The notes: generated from the sequence alone by a model not told the origin. A DNA stretch of 64,000 nucleotides from Octopus vulgaris (GCA_951406725.2 OX597817.1:147932001-147996000); one strand, 5' to 3'; shown: positions 1 through 12,845, counted from the first letter of the stretch. Numbers and translations: made by a program.

Positions 1-824
1 AGTGGGTCTTCTCCTCCTCCTTCTTCTTCATCTTCTTCAACTTCTTCTTCTTCATCTTCTTCTTCTTCTTCTTCTTCTTCTTCTTCTTCTTCTTCTTCTT
101 CTTCTTCTTCTTCTTCTTCTTCTTCTTCTTCTTCTTCTTCTTCTTCTTCTTCTTCTTCTTCTTCTTCTTCTTCTTCTTCTTCTTCTTCTTCTTCTTTTTC
201 TTCTTCTTCTTTTTCTTCTTCTTCTTCTTTTTCTTCTTCTTCTTTTTCTTCTTCTTCTTCTTCTTCTTCTTCTTCTTCTTCTTCTCCTCCTCCTCCTCCT
301 CATCATCATCATCATCCATACCCGTTTGCGCATATGGCATTTTACACCGTCAGTGGTTCTTCCTCTTCTTCTTCTTTTTCTTCTTCTTCTTTTTCTTCTT
401 CTTCTTCTTCTCCTTCTTTTTCTTCTTCTTCCTCTTCTTCTTTTTCTCCCTCTTCTTCTTCTTCTTCTTCTTTTTCTTTCTCTTCTTCTTCTTCTTCTTC
501 TTCTTCTTCTTCTTCTCCTCCTCCTCCTCCTCCTCATCATCATCATCATCATCATCCATACCCGTTTGCGCATATGGCATTTTACACCGTGAGTGGTTCT
601 TCTTCTTCTTCTTCTCCTCCTCCTCCTCCTCCTCATCATCATCATCATCATCCATACCCGTTTGCGCATATGGCATTTTACACCGTGAGTGGTTCTTCTT
701 CTTCTTCTTCTTCTTCTTCCTTTTCTTCTTCTTCTTCTTCTTCTTCTTCTTCCTTTCCTTCTTCTTCTTCCTCTTCTTCCTTTTCTTCTTCTTCTTCTTC
801 CTTTTCTTCTTCTTCTTCTTCCTT

Positions 825-869
<45 letters not shown>

Positions 870-925
870 TTCTCATCATCATCATCCATATCTATTTGCG
901 CGTAGGGAATTTTACACCGTGAACT
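1..925. repeat. (TTC)n/(CTC)n/(CAT)n compound microsatellite with an interspersed ~45-bp unique unit (higher-order repeat)
   Basis: Unit CCATACCCGTTTGCGCATATGGCATTTTACACCGT(C/G)AGTGG follows (CAT)n at ~315, ~555 and ~652; a diverged copy is at ~886-922. Confidence 0.95.
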
Positions 926-1236
926 TACAGCCCACTGATGTCCGCTTAGCCGCTTATTATTTCAGGCTCGATAAAATACAGCACTACTCAAATATTCGAT
1001 TAAACACGCTTCTCTAAAACATAGACAGTCTTGTGCCAAAGTTTGATAGAACTATTACTATTGTTGCTGTTATTTTTTGTTGTCCAACTGTAAATCTTTC
1101 TCAAACGAACGAATCTACTATGAACGGAATTTCAGCTGTAACCATCACGGATATCATGTAAAGGTCCTCCAAAAATTCTAAATACTGTATTATACATATT
1201 CTAAATACTGTTTTGTCCTTGTAAACTCCAGACGCA

Positions 1237-1711
1237 GAGGACGTTAGGAGTACCGACGTCCTGAGCACTTAAGCGATAAACCACAAGCATCCTTTATGTT
1301 AGCCTGGGGACTTTGTTCGGAAGAATGATCGGAAGATCCTGAAGCAGATGCTATACGGCGATCTTATTCGTGGAATGCGACCCCAGCGAGAACCAAGACT
1401 ACGATTTAAAAATTGTATAAATTCGTCATTGACAGAATGACGAATGTCGAACATCAATTGGGAAAGCAATGCTTGGCATCTCTTCCATTGGAGGAGACAA
1501 GTACTGGGAGGAATGCAGTGGAATGCAAGCGAGCTGCTCAAAAATGGACCGCAGAATTTAAGTGAGCTGCTCGAAAATAGATCGCAGAATTTAAGCGAAA
1601 GGCTCGATAATGGACCGCCACTATAGTGAATGTAGAAGGTTGGTCTGCTATATCTGCGAACGTGTATGGTTATCGGAGGCTGGGTTATTATCAGCGAATA
1701 TATTCATGTAA
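1237..1711 (+). mobile_element. Decayed 3' fragment of an RTE-clade LINE ORF
   Basis: Translates GDFVRKNDRKILKQMLYGDLIRGMRPQREPRLRFKNCINSSLTE*RMSNINWESNAWHLFHWRRQVLGG, matching the RTE post-RT pattern (R.PKQ.LYG.L..G.R....R.RFKD...WE..A..R..WR). Then, in another frame, VCYICERVWLSEAGLLS resembles the terminal C2H2 finger (C..C.R.C.S..GL.SH). Contains stops and frameshifts. Confidence 0.75.
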
Positions 1712-2100
1712 GCAAATAATTCTGTTCATGTACAAATATGTACAAACACCTCACACGTGCACATGGAGTAGGAGTAGTGTTGGAGTATGGATAGTAAGTC
1801 GAATGCTCATGCGGTGGTGGGTTAAATGTAAGCATTTTGTCGTTCACTAAACAAGGACACACAGACACATACACACAAATGTAAATGTAGGCATATATAT
1901 ATAAAAATATAAATATAGATAAATATATATAGATATACATTTATATATACATACACACATATATGCACACACAGTATATCTCTTTCTATATCTAACTACT
2001 GTTGCAGCTACACTATGCATAAATCATACATAAACCCCACCCCGCCCACATATATATGTATGTATGAATATATATATATATGTAAATAAACATATATATG

Positions 2101-2131
<31 letters not shown>

Positions 2132-2206
2132 ATATGTATGTATATATATATATATGTATATATATATACTTATATATGTATATATATATGTGTGTCTTTG
2201 TAGAAG

Positions 2207-2329
<123 letters not shown>

Positions 2330-2851
2330 ATATATATATACGTCTAGGAGGAGAATGCTTAAAATATCACCCAGTTGCTTTTCCGAAACAGACGAGTCTA
2401 ATCTGTGCTCTATGCTTACGCTTTTCTATAAGTGTCACAGTTGGTAAATTAGTTCCTGTTTCCAAAGAATAATCTACAGGGAATTTCTATCCTTTACTTT
2501 TCCCTTTGGGGTAGTCATTATTAACTTCCCCATTCGGCAAATTGACAAGAACCAATGTTTTTATTTTTAGTTTGTGTTTTTTTTTATTTTTGAAATTCCA
2601 TTTTCAAATGGTCTGTTTTAGAATTATATAAAATACCTTCAGGAAATGATAAATGATTCATTTTAAAATTGGCGTTGTAGTCGGTGTGGTGGAAATGGTG
2701 GTGATGAGGGTGGTAGAGGAAGCGGTATGTAACTCACATATATATATATGAATAAAACAATCTATATTGACACATACGTTACATACGGAATAAAATACGA
2801 ACATACATACACACAGTTACTCATAAACGCACTCCTAATGTGTATATGTAC

Positions 2852-2882
<31 letters not shown>

Positions 2883-2889
2883 TATGTAC

Positions 2890-2946
<57 letters not shown>

Positions 2947-3240
2947 CACACACATATATATATATATGTTTATTTTAGTTTATAATATATATATGCTTAT
3001 TTTATATATTATTAGATTCAGCCATACACCTGCGGTCATGCTGGAGCATCACAACTATCTATATGAATATACGTATAATTACACACACACACGCGCGCAC
3101 AGAATACAGATGTGCGTGTAGATGTAAATATATGCCTATGTGTGTTTGTCTGTATTCATGCACATATGTCTATATCGATATCTGTGTATTCATTTGTACG
3201 CACTTCATACGTAGGAATATATATATTCATATATATATGC

Positions 3241-3282
<42 letters not shown>

Positions 3283-3285
<3 letters not shown>

Positions 3286-3764
3286 TTAGAGGAGTCGGAA
3301 GGTGTATTCTTCAATTCGTGCATGTATTCCAAGGTTTCAATTAGCTTAGTGTAGGTCATTGCATATCCTTAAAATCATTCCGGTTAGCACGATTATAGTT
3401 CCTATATACTTCCATAGTTATGACGATGGTGTGCATATCGATTAGTAGCGTATATAAGTTCGCATTTTTGTCCGAAAAACCCTGTACATGCGAGGAATTT
3501 TTTTTTATCCTAAAAAGGACCCTGGCGCGGTTTTTCGAAAGGAATTAATTTACCTGGGGTATTTTATATTCCTGATCATTTGCAGAAGAACCACTTTTAG
3601 TTTAACCTGTGAGGGTTTCGGAGATGAGCCTTTATAATTTTTTTTAGATTATAGTAATCGTTACCTTTTGAAGAAGGGTGAAGTATTAGATTAGTGGCCA
3701 TCGAAGAAGTCTTCCATTTCATCCGAGCAATGAAGTCATTGGTTTTCAGTAAAAATAATTGGTC
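3283..3764 (-). mobile_element. Decayed Penelope-like retroelement ORF fragment (N-terminal region before RT)
   Basis: Minus strand reads QLFLLKTNDFIARMKWK ... LLQMIRNIKYPR*INSFRK ... SSHVQGFSDKNANLYTL ... VYRNYNRA, resembling PLE motifs FI.RMRWK, MI.NI.F, ADK..N.Y.L and YKKA; frameshifted. Confidence 0.6.
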
Positions 3765-4012
3765 CTCCGTCGGTCACGACGACGAGTGTTCCAGTTGATC
3801 CGACCAACAGAATAGCCTGCTCGTGAAAGTAACCTGCGAGTGGCTGAGCACTCCACAGACATGTATACCCTTAACGTAGTTCTCTACGAGATGCAGCGTG
3901 ACACATATTGTGAAAAGGCCGGGTCGTTAAAATACAGGACACACAGCCCGTCCGGGAATCAAACTCACAACGTCTCGATCGTAAGCTCGACGCTCTAAAC
4001 ACTGAGCCATGC
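3765..4012 (-). mobile_element. tRNA-derived SINE, family D tail (…GGATCAACTGGAACACTCGTCGT.GTGACCGACGGAG)
   Basis: Minus strand has a tRNA-like head (TGGCTCAGTGTTTAGAGCG…GAGTTTGATTCCCGG) and the same 3' tail as 6000-6303 and 46099-46250. Confidence 0.8.
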
Positions 4013-4016
4013 ATTT

Positions 4017-4076
<60 letters not shown>

Positions 4077-4426
4077 TTTATTTAATTATTTATAAATATA
4101 TATATATATATATATATATTTATATGCACGTAAGTATATATATGTGTATGTATATAAATATATATGTCTCTATATATGTATATATCTATGTATGTGTGTA
4201 TGTGTGTGTGTTTGTTTGTGTGTGTGTGTCTGTGTGGGTGTGTAAAATTATGCACTGTAAAATAATGAAGCCACTAATATCATGACATGAAAAACGTTTT
4301 GTAAAGAACTTACTTTTGCAAGTATTTTGTCACTGACCTCACAGTCATACACGTACGCATACACACAAACATATATGTATATACACATGCTTACATTTAT
4401 ATATGCATACTCCTCTCTCTCTCTCT

Positions 4427-4457
<31 letters not shown>

Positions 4458-4990
4458 AATGTTAATGTATGTATAGAACGAGTAAATAAAGCAGATACTT
4501 ATATGTTGAGCTATTCTTACATCTATGTACGACGACCCACTGTTAAGTACATGCATAAATACAAATGTGTACTAATAAATGCTTACATGTAAAGACATAA
4601 GCATATTTTATAGAAATTCCCTTCACACATCTCCACACATACACGCATACACGCACACGTACACGTACAGACACTGCCACATACACGCCATTGGGTATAT
4701 GTGTATATGTGTGTGTGTGTACAGACTTACAATAATACAGACTCGCAGATATATATCATACTGAAGTAAAATCTCATCGATATGGAGTTCGCTAGATCGA
4801 TAACGATCGTCAGTATCAATATCAATTAGCAGAAGAAGCGACGTGGCTAAATGTCTTAAAATACTGTCGAAGATTCTGAAGATATATTTGGAAATATAGT
4901 AGACAGAGAAACTAGTTCTGAAAATATTTCTGGATAATCTTGAATGTAGAAAAGTTATAGAAGCAGAGCAAAGTCAGTGTATGTGTGTGA

Positions 4991-5026
<36 letters not shown>

Positions 5027-5223
5027 GTTTGTGTGTGTTAATGTGTGTGTATACGTATATACACACACATATATAAACATATATATATATAGTTTTTATC
5101 TTTCATTCTCTTCGAAAATTGCTCTTAAATGTGGTTTTGGTCGTTTTGACTGTTTCTTCTAGCATATTTAAAAATACACTATTTATACACACACACACAC
5201 ACACAGACAAACACACATATATA

Positions 5224-5439
5224 TACATATAAGAGGGAATTTACCACTATGTGGGAACCCCTATGCTAGAAGAAGATCCGCTATGATCTTACCACTAAGA
5301 ATTGTTTCATTTGTCTTGCTCGCTTACGTTTCTGGTGTTTGCTAAATTTTCTAGAGAACAATTCTTAGTGGTAAGATCATAGCGGATCTTCTTCTAGCAT
5401 AAGGGTTTCCACATAGTGGTAAATTCCCTCTTATATGTA
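5224..5439. repeat. Foldback: ~83-bp inverted arms (5224-5306 / 5357-5439) between TA-rich tracts
   Basis: AAGAGGGAATTTACCACTATGTGG…AGAATTGTT vs AACAATTCT…CCACATAGTGGTAAATTCCCTCTT; related in sequence to 35351-35609. Confidence 0.9.
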
Positions 5440-5485
5440 CGTAATATATATATATAGATATATATATATTAGATGTACATACGTG

Positions 5486-5693
5486 TACTGTAATCTCTCG
5501 TCATATCGCGGTTCACTTATCGCGCACTAAGAATATCGCAAATTTTTCAGGCTAACGTATGTAAATTTATATCGCAGACTCCTCAGTATGTTGCGGGCTT
5601 CTGCAGCCAATATGTATTTATATTTTTATATTTCTATTATTTTTGTAGGAGGTTTTGGAATGTAACATTCGCGATAGTCCAGAGATTACTGTA
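5486..5693. mobile_element. pogo/Tigger-like MITE (short form)
   Basis: TA-flanked TIRs CTGTAATCTCTCG / CAGAGATTACTG; internal sequence homologous to 39479-40378. Confidence 0.75.
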
Positions 5694-5707
5694 TGAGTAT
5701 ATATAAA

Positions 5708-5995
5708 CACAGTAATCCCTCGACTATTGCGGGTGTTATGCTCCAAACCCCACCACTATATGTGAAAATCCGCGGAATTAGAAACAGTAATGTACTATAT
5801 ATTTTTTGTTTATCATTTTTATGATTTGCATATATCTATTTTACTATAAATGCAAAACAACACCACACACTCGCCACTCGAGTTTTCGCTTTCTATAGAG
5901 TATACGGAATTCTTTGTTTACACATCTACGGTACACTACGTATTTTCTTTTAATATATTTTAATAAATGTCTTACACAGTGCAGTACTGTACTAT
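5708..5995. mobile_element. pogo/Tigger-like MITE, one end only
   Basis: Begins CAGTAATCCCTCGACTATTGCGGGTGTT and aligns with 39481-39760. Confidence 0.7.
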
Positions 5996-5999
5996 ATAT

Positions 6000-6303
6000 T
6001 GGCTAGTGAGTTAGTGTATTCGTCCCACGATCGTAAATCGCTAGTTCGATTCCCGGCCACCCCTTGTGCCTTTGCGGAAGACACTTTACTTCATGTTGCT
6101 TCAGTTGACTCAGTTGGAAAACATGAATTATACTTGTATTTTAAGAGCTAGCCCTTTCACACTCTGTCACGCTGAATCTCGTAGAGAACTACGTTAGGTG
6201 TATGCATGTATGTGGAGTACTCAGCCACTTCCATGATACTTTCCCGAGCAAGCTATTCTGTTGGTCGGATCAACTGGAACACTCGTCGTTGTGACCGACG
6301 GAG
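6000..6303 (+). mobile_element. tRNA-derived SINE with CORE-like middle and family D tail
   Basis: A/B-box-like head TGGCTAGTGAGTTAG…AGTTCGATTCCCGG; CORE-like TGTGCCTTTGCGGAAGACACTTTAC; tail shared with 3765-4012. Confidence 0.8.
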
Positions 6304-6629
6304 GACCAATTATTATTACTGAAAACCAATGACTTCATTGCTCGGATATACATACGCATAGTCACACACAATCACACATACATATAAACATATATAAATC
6401 AGAGTCTAGTTTTTCACGCTCATTTACATATATTATTGTCCTCATTCACTACATAAGAGTATATTTTGTATAAAAAGTGTTAATCAGAATTTGCACTAAG
6501 ATAGTCATGTGCCGAAATTCCGTTTAACTAATCTCAACATACGACTAAATCATATCTTATCGATACTGTCCTCCCATACAAGGAGGAAATGGGAACTATG
6601 ATCATATGTACTCAATACCTCTTTGTCAT

Positions 6630-6805
6630 AAGCACCGGACGAAATTCTTAGTGGTATTACGTCTGTCACTACGATCTGAGTTCAAATTCCACCGAGTTTA
6701 ACTTTGCCTTTCATCCTTTCGGGGTCATAAATTAAGTACCAGTGAAACACTGGTCCCCCTACCCCGCGAAATTTCAGGCCTTGTGCCTATAATAGAAAGG
6801 ATTAT
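6630..6805 (+). mobile_element. SINE family B (Nin/Deu-like domain)
   Basis: TCTGAGTTCAAATTCCACCGAG…TTTGCCTTTCATCCTTTCGGGGTC…AAATTAAGTACCAG; a diverged copy also lies at ~7359-7575. Confidence 0.8.
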
Positions 6806-6852
6806 AAGTATCGGTGCTTCATTTTCATGGTATGAAGTGGATAAATATAAAC

Positions 6853-7238
6853 AGGCACAGGAGTGGTTGTGGGGTAAGTAGCTTGCTTACCAACCACATG
6901 GTTCCAGGTTCAGTCCCACTGCACCTTGGGCAAGTGTTTTCTACTATAGCCTCGAGCTAGACGGAAACTGAAAGAAGCCCGTTGTATATATGTATATATA
7001 TATATGTGTGTGTGTGTGTGTATATGTTTGTGTGTCTGTGTTTGTACCCCCAACATCGCTTGACAACCGATGCTGGTGTGTTTACATCCCCGTAACCTAG
7101 CGGTTCGGCAAAAGATAGCGATAGGATAAGTACTTGGCTTACAAAGAATAAGTCCTAGGGTCGATTTGCTCGACTAAACGCGGTGCTCCAGCATTGCCGC
7201 AGTCAACTGACTGAAACAAGTAAAAGAGTAAAGAGTAA
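6853..7238 (+). mobile_element. SINE family A (tRNA head, CORE-like domain, internal (TA)n(TG)n, LINE-like tail)
   Basis: AGGCACAGGAGTGG…GGTTCAGTCCCACTG…CCTTGGGCAAGTG…GCGGTGCTCCAGCAT…GACTGAAACAAGTAAAAGAG; more than 10 copies in the window. Confidence 0.9.
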
Positions 7239-7633
7239 ATCTGGAAAGAATATTATCTAGTGTTAAATTAACTACGGATGTAATGTAATCGATTTTCCTC
7301 CTCCCCAGAAATTGCTGTCCTTGTGCCAAAATGTGAGCCCAATATTACCTGGTATATTAAGGCGGCCAGCTGGCAGAATCGTAAGCACGCTGGACAAAAT
7401 GGCTATGATATTTTCTCCGGCTACTTTAAGTTCTGAGTTCAAATACTGCCGAAGTTAACTTTGCCTCTTAACCTTTTGGAATCGATAAAGTGACTAACCT
7501 TTGAGAAGTGGAATCGATGTAATCAACTTTGCCTCTCCTCAAAATTGTTAGCTTGGAATAAAAATTAGAAGGGATATTATTTGATAATTTGGAGAGTATT
7601 GTAGTTCGCTTGAAGCATTGTGTATTGTTTGTA

Positions 7634-7857
7634 AAGAAGAAAAAGTTTTGAATGGTACAACAATACACTATAATATAGACAATGAGCTGTATACCTGTTG
7701 TAATTAAGTCATGCGTAGTCTGATATGATATTTAGGAATAATATTCCTTCTGCAGACATTCTGAGATGGAATCGCAGCAACAAGTATATACAACAGGTAT
7801 ATAGCCCATTTTCTAAACTATAGTGCATTGTTGCACCATTCTAAACTTTTTATTCTT
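7634..7857. repeat. Imperfect inverted repeat, ~65-bp arms (7634-7702 / 7789-7857)
   Basis: AAAAGTTTTGAATGGTACAACAATACACTATA…TATACCTGTTGTA vs TACAACAGGTATA…TATAGTGCATTGTTGCACCATTCTAAACTTTT. Confidence 0.8.
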
Positions 7858-8359
7858 GATAATTTGGAATTTGTTGACCGAAATTATTATGTTGTTGGCT
7901 AGTGTCATATTCTACACCTAACCACCATGTAAGTTCTGCAGAGTATTTCCCCTCATACTACGTAATATCTCTGTACATCATTCTTATAACAACTTTCATT
8001 TGCGAATGGATTACCGTTTCCATTGATATCAACGAATATTTTGGAAATGGTTGCAAAGAAGATTGAATATTTTAATGAATCTAGTGATCGATAAAACTGA
8101 TTTTTATCTTCAATTTTACCTTCTATTCGGTTCATTTCTTGGATTGCAGGCATTCTGGGGTACCCCGTTGAAGTATTCTACCCGAACAAATCAACGCAAG
8201 ACTTATGCGAATGTCGCTGTATTTGATTCATAACGGCTACCTCTAAAGACCATGCGGTTACATAATCGGACTGTTACCTATCACTCCGTTGGACTCTTAG
8301 TGCAAAACCGAGAAGTAAGATTGACCGTAATGGATATATAATACTATACACTTCGATTA

Positions 8360-8391
<32 letters not shown>

Positions 8392-8393
8392 AC

Positions 8394-8424
<31 letters not shown>

Positions 8425-8452
8425 CATATATATACACACACACACATATATA

Positions 8453-8496
<44 letters not shown>

Positions 8497-8606
8497 AGTA
8501 ATTAAATGAATTATCTTATTAAGGATAATTCGAAATAACCGATACCTGGGTAGCAAATAAAGGAGAATAAAGGATATTTGTTAACTAGTCGTTCAACTCC
8601 ATATCT

Positions 8607-8707
<101 letters not shown>

Positions 8708-9653
8708 ATTGAAAGTCTTTCTGAAAATTACTTAATACAGTTTTTTAAGTATATGGAGGATTTTTTTAAAAGCATTTAAATCATTATTCAGGATGTTACT
8801 AAACTTTTCGGAAGAAGTTTGTTTCTTTGTGTGTGTGAGCGCTTTCAATTAACCTTTTCAAAGGTATATAATGTTTCCATACAGTTTCCGTCTACCAAAC
8901 ACTCAGATGGATTGATCGGGTATAGTAGAAAACACTTGTTCATGGTGTGGTGCAGTGTTACTGAAACAAAAACCATGTGATAGCATTGCGAGTTTGTTAA
9001 CTACACAGTCATATCTTTCTTATTTATACCTTGTATTTGCTTTGCTAGGTTATTGATGTGAATTCGTCTGTTGAGACAAATTTTATTGCGTCTTGAGAGA
9101 GTTATTACGCAAACAATAATAACATAGGCACAAGTTCAAATATATTTTCCTTATTAATAGTCAATGTTTTAAACATCTAACCATCTAGCTATTCTATCCT
9201 TTGTTTAACGTGTTGGGTTAATAGTCAATTAGTTTAATAGTTCGCCAAAGCCCTTTTGTTGCCGTCTGCAACCTTTCCGTGTCTCATAATCTCCCAACTC
9301 GCTTCGAAAGCAGCTTTCGCCTAGTAGATCTCGTGCCATTGAAAAAGTTGCAAATAATAACGAAGGAAGTTTGATGAACAAACTAATTGACGATTTAATC
9401 AACGCGTTCAACAAACGATCTATTAATTAGTTGGTTAGATATGTAACCAATCGACTAATAATAAAGAGATGGAATTGAATGTATCTTTATTATTGGCATA
9501 ATGATTCTGCCACAACAAAGCATACCTTTCTTTTTGAAGTTATTTTCCGTCAGCATCGCCAGTATTACCTCTAGAGAGATCACCATCGCTACAAATTTCC
9601 ATTGACATCTCTTTTGGATATACAGAAAATATACTTCACTTAATCGTTTTAGT

Positions 9654-9976
9654 GTGGAGGCGCAATGACCCAGTGGTTAGGGCAGCGGACTCGCGGTTGG
9701 TGGATCATGGTTTCGATTCCCAGACCGAGCATTGTGTGTGATTATTGAGCGAAAACACCTAAAGCTTCACGAGGCTCCAGCAGGGGGTGGTAGCGACCCC
9801 TGTTGTACTCTTTCTCCCCTACTTTCTCTCACTCTTTCTTCATGTTTCTTGAGTAACTCTACGATGAACTGGCGTCCTGTCCAGCTGGTGGGGGGGAACA
9901 CATACGCCATAGAAACCAGGAAACCGGGCCCATGAGCCTGGCTAGGCTTGAAAAGGGCGCATAAATGAATAATAAA
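9654..9976 (+). mobile_element. Full-length tRNA-derived SINE, family C, with 13-bp target-site duplication
   Basis: Head GGAGGCGCAATGACCCAGTGGTTAGGGCAGCGG…GGTTTCGATTCCC; V/Meta-SINE-like CGATGAACTGGCGTCCTGTCCAG; TSD TAATCGTTTTAGT at 9641-9653 and 9977-9989. Confidence 0.9.
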
Positions 9977-10556
9977 TAATCGTTTTAGTACAGAGCTAGA
10001 AATGAATACTTTTGTGATGTGTGTTTAATCCACTTTTAATAAGAGATCAGATTGACGAAAGATACTTGAATGCCTCACTGATTCAGTCATTTTGCATTTA
10101 TTTCCGAATTCCCTGATATGAACTCATGTATTGAAAGAGATTTTGTTGTATCACGTGAGGTCCATTATTCCAATAATACATATAAGCACCGGTTCTATTT
10201 CATTACGTTATCATTCGTTAACAAGTTAACCCTTTAATTAATTGATTGTTTGATAAATCAGTCAGTCATTCAATCAGTCAACCAAGGCAGCTAGCAATCA
10301 GCTATATCTGTCACAGTTCTTTCGTTGCCAAACGAAACCTTTTCAATCACATACCTTCTCTATTCCATGTGATATTGCAAATGAGATACAGAACAATATT
10401 TATCAGTTTTAATGCCAGCCTACATTGACGATAATTGCAGCCTATGGATATATTGCACTCCATAAATGTTTTTTGCTTTTTAACCCAGGGTCAACCCTGA
10501 TCGAATGAACTGTGAGTAACTGTGTTCCATCATTGACGAATCTTTAATTTTAGAAA

Positions 10557-11136
10557 TATTGGGTTGTCCGGAAAGTTCGTGTTGATTTATAGCAGCTTAC
10601 CTTTCGACTTATTTTAGAACATGTTTGAGTTCATAAAATAGGGTTTGACTACACCTACATTTAGAGCAGAGTTTAAGCTATCTTTTCGTTGAAGACGCTT
10701 TATGTTCCAATATCCTCTGTTAATTCTGTAACCCTTTAAATTGGAAGATAAGAATGTTCATTTTCGGCACGTGATGTTTTTCTTTTTCCGTAAAGAGAAA
10801 AATGCCTTACAAGCAACCAAAGAAATATGCGCAGTTTACGGTGATGTTTCTTTATCCGAAAGAACTGTACGGAAGTGGTTCGCAAGGTTCCGAGCTGGAG
10901 ATTGTAGCCTTATTGATAAATAGCGATCAGGCAGACCATCAACCACAGATGATGATCAAATCAAGTCATTAATTGAGAATAACCCACATAGTACAACCCG
11001 AGAATTGGCAGAAAGCCTCAACCTCCTATCAAAATCCGTCGTTCACGAGCACCTGGTAAAGCTTGGGTAATGGCAAGTATTTATTGAACTTTTGCTTTCC
11101 TTTAAAAATCGGCATGAACTTTCCGGACAACCAATA
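10557..11136 (+). mobile_element. Internally deleted mariner transposon retaining the N-terminal HTH region
   Basis: TA TSD; TIRs TTGGGTTGTCCGGAAAGTTC / GAACTTTCCGGACAACCAA; pseudo-ORF EDKNVHFRHVM…ICAVYGDVSLSERTVRKWFARFRAGD…*RSGRP…NPHSTTRELAE. Confidence 0.95.
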
Positions 11137-11702
11137 TATTATATACTGTTCACTTTGGCATATTCAAAACGGTTGAAAGAAACCTGGAGAGGAGATCTAG
11201 CAGTTATTTATAACAGGTAGAGCTATCATATCGGACAGTCTTTTTCAACCACAATACCGAGATAATCTTGAATGACACGTATCTTCCTCAGGTGTGAATC
11301 GCGTTTCTTTTGTGGGTGTCTCAGAAATGCCAGGAGTGTATTCAACGTAACAAACAAGTCAGTACATATTCCTTTCTGACAAAGGGCAAACCATACACCG
11401 ATTTGTTTTACATTAATTTGAATACAACTGTTTTATACATCTACTATATTAAGAAGCTAATGGTGCGTTGTAACATTTTTAACGTATTATTCAGTGCTTC
11501 TATTAGAGATGGCTGGAAATCACCGACGTAGTAGCTCTCGCGTGTACATATGTTTTCCATTACGAGTGAACTGTTATTTCCTTTACCATCAAATATTATT
11601 TCTTTTATAGAATAAATCTCGTACTGGAATGTGTTTTCTTATTTATATTATTTAATCTGGGCCCAAATCATATGTCTTTTACATTTTTATATACACATAT
11701 CC

Positions 11703-11752
<50 letters not shown>

Positions 11753-11855
11753 TATATGCATATATATATGCAGTTATACACACACACATATATATATATG
11801 TGTGTGTGTATATATATGTGTATATATACATATATATGTGTGTGTATGTATGTTT

Positions 11856-11887
<32 letters not shown>

Positions 11888-11963
11888 GTGTATGTATAAT
11901 AAACCATGCTTAAATGTACAAACTGACGTTTGCTATGCATATAGAATCATGCAGGTCATATTG

Positions 11964-12145
<182 letters not shown>

Positions 12146-12589
12146 TGTAGCACCCAGAATATTTTCATCAATGCCAGCATATGGAATCATGCACCATTAT
12201 TTATTTATTTTATTTGTTCCCTAACTTGAGATAGAAAAGCAGTAAGCATTAGACACATAAAAATGGAAGTTGATGTTAATAGCGCAGATACATCGAAGGA
12301 AGTCTATACTTAAGTTGCTGGTCGCGTTTGAGATACGTTCTGCTGTGATTTGTATCGTTTTCTTTCTAATGGAAATACAGCAATTGTTTGAAGCTTTGGC
12401 CGTGCTACGTCGTTCAGACTGCTTGTCTACTTACGAATAGTCAAGCTTTACACTAGCAATGTATTGGGAAAGATTTCAGAGGTTTTTTTGTTTTTTGGTT
12501 ATTTATTAATATATAGAATTTTGGATGCTCACATGGATGTGTGGGTTTTTTTTCTGATCCTAAATACGACGTCGCTGATTATAGAGAGG

Positions 12590-12845
12590 TGGATGGTTAT
12601 GACGTTGGTAGTTTTGTTAAGATGATGAACATGAAGCAGATGATTATGATGATGGTAATGATGGTGATGATGATGATGATGATGCTGGTGGTGGTTGTGG
12701 CAGTAGTGGTGCTTATGGTGATGACGATGAGGATAAAGATGAAGATCAGGATGATAATTATGATGAAGACGACGATGATGTCGACGACTATGGAAATTAT
12801 AATGATGATGATTATGATGATGATGAGGAGGAGGAAGAGGATGCT
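12590..12845. repeat. Degenerate (GAT)n microsatellite
   Basis: Visible directly; source of the His/Met-rich pseudo-ORFs. Confidence 0.9.

Noticed and set aside
301-925. Repeat-spacer appearance resembling a CRISPR array
   Set aside because: The spacers are simple TTC repeats of variable length, the context is eukaryotic, and there are no cas genes.
2-1017. Long poly-L/R/S/K ORFs, and all YI/CV/HT-repeat ORFs across the window
   Set aside because: They are translations of microsatellites with no coding signal.
4772-4822. Minus-strand CTGACGA…GAAC with a possible helix I
   Set aside because: GAAC instead of GAAA, and no helix III or convincing helix II.
9654-9730. tRNA-like sequences at SINE heads (also 3940-4012, 6000-6060, 46370-46437)
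   Set aside because: Each runs into a SINE body; no intact acceptor stem or Pol III terminator, so not tRNA genes.
11292-11357. Possible 66-nt exon (TTCCTCAG| … |GTCAGT)
   Set aside because: Weak donor and no recognisable peptide; indistinguishable from chance.
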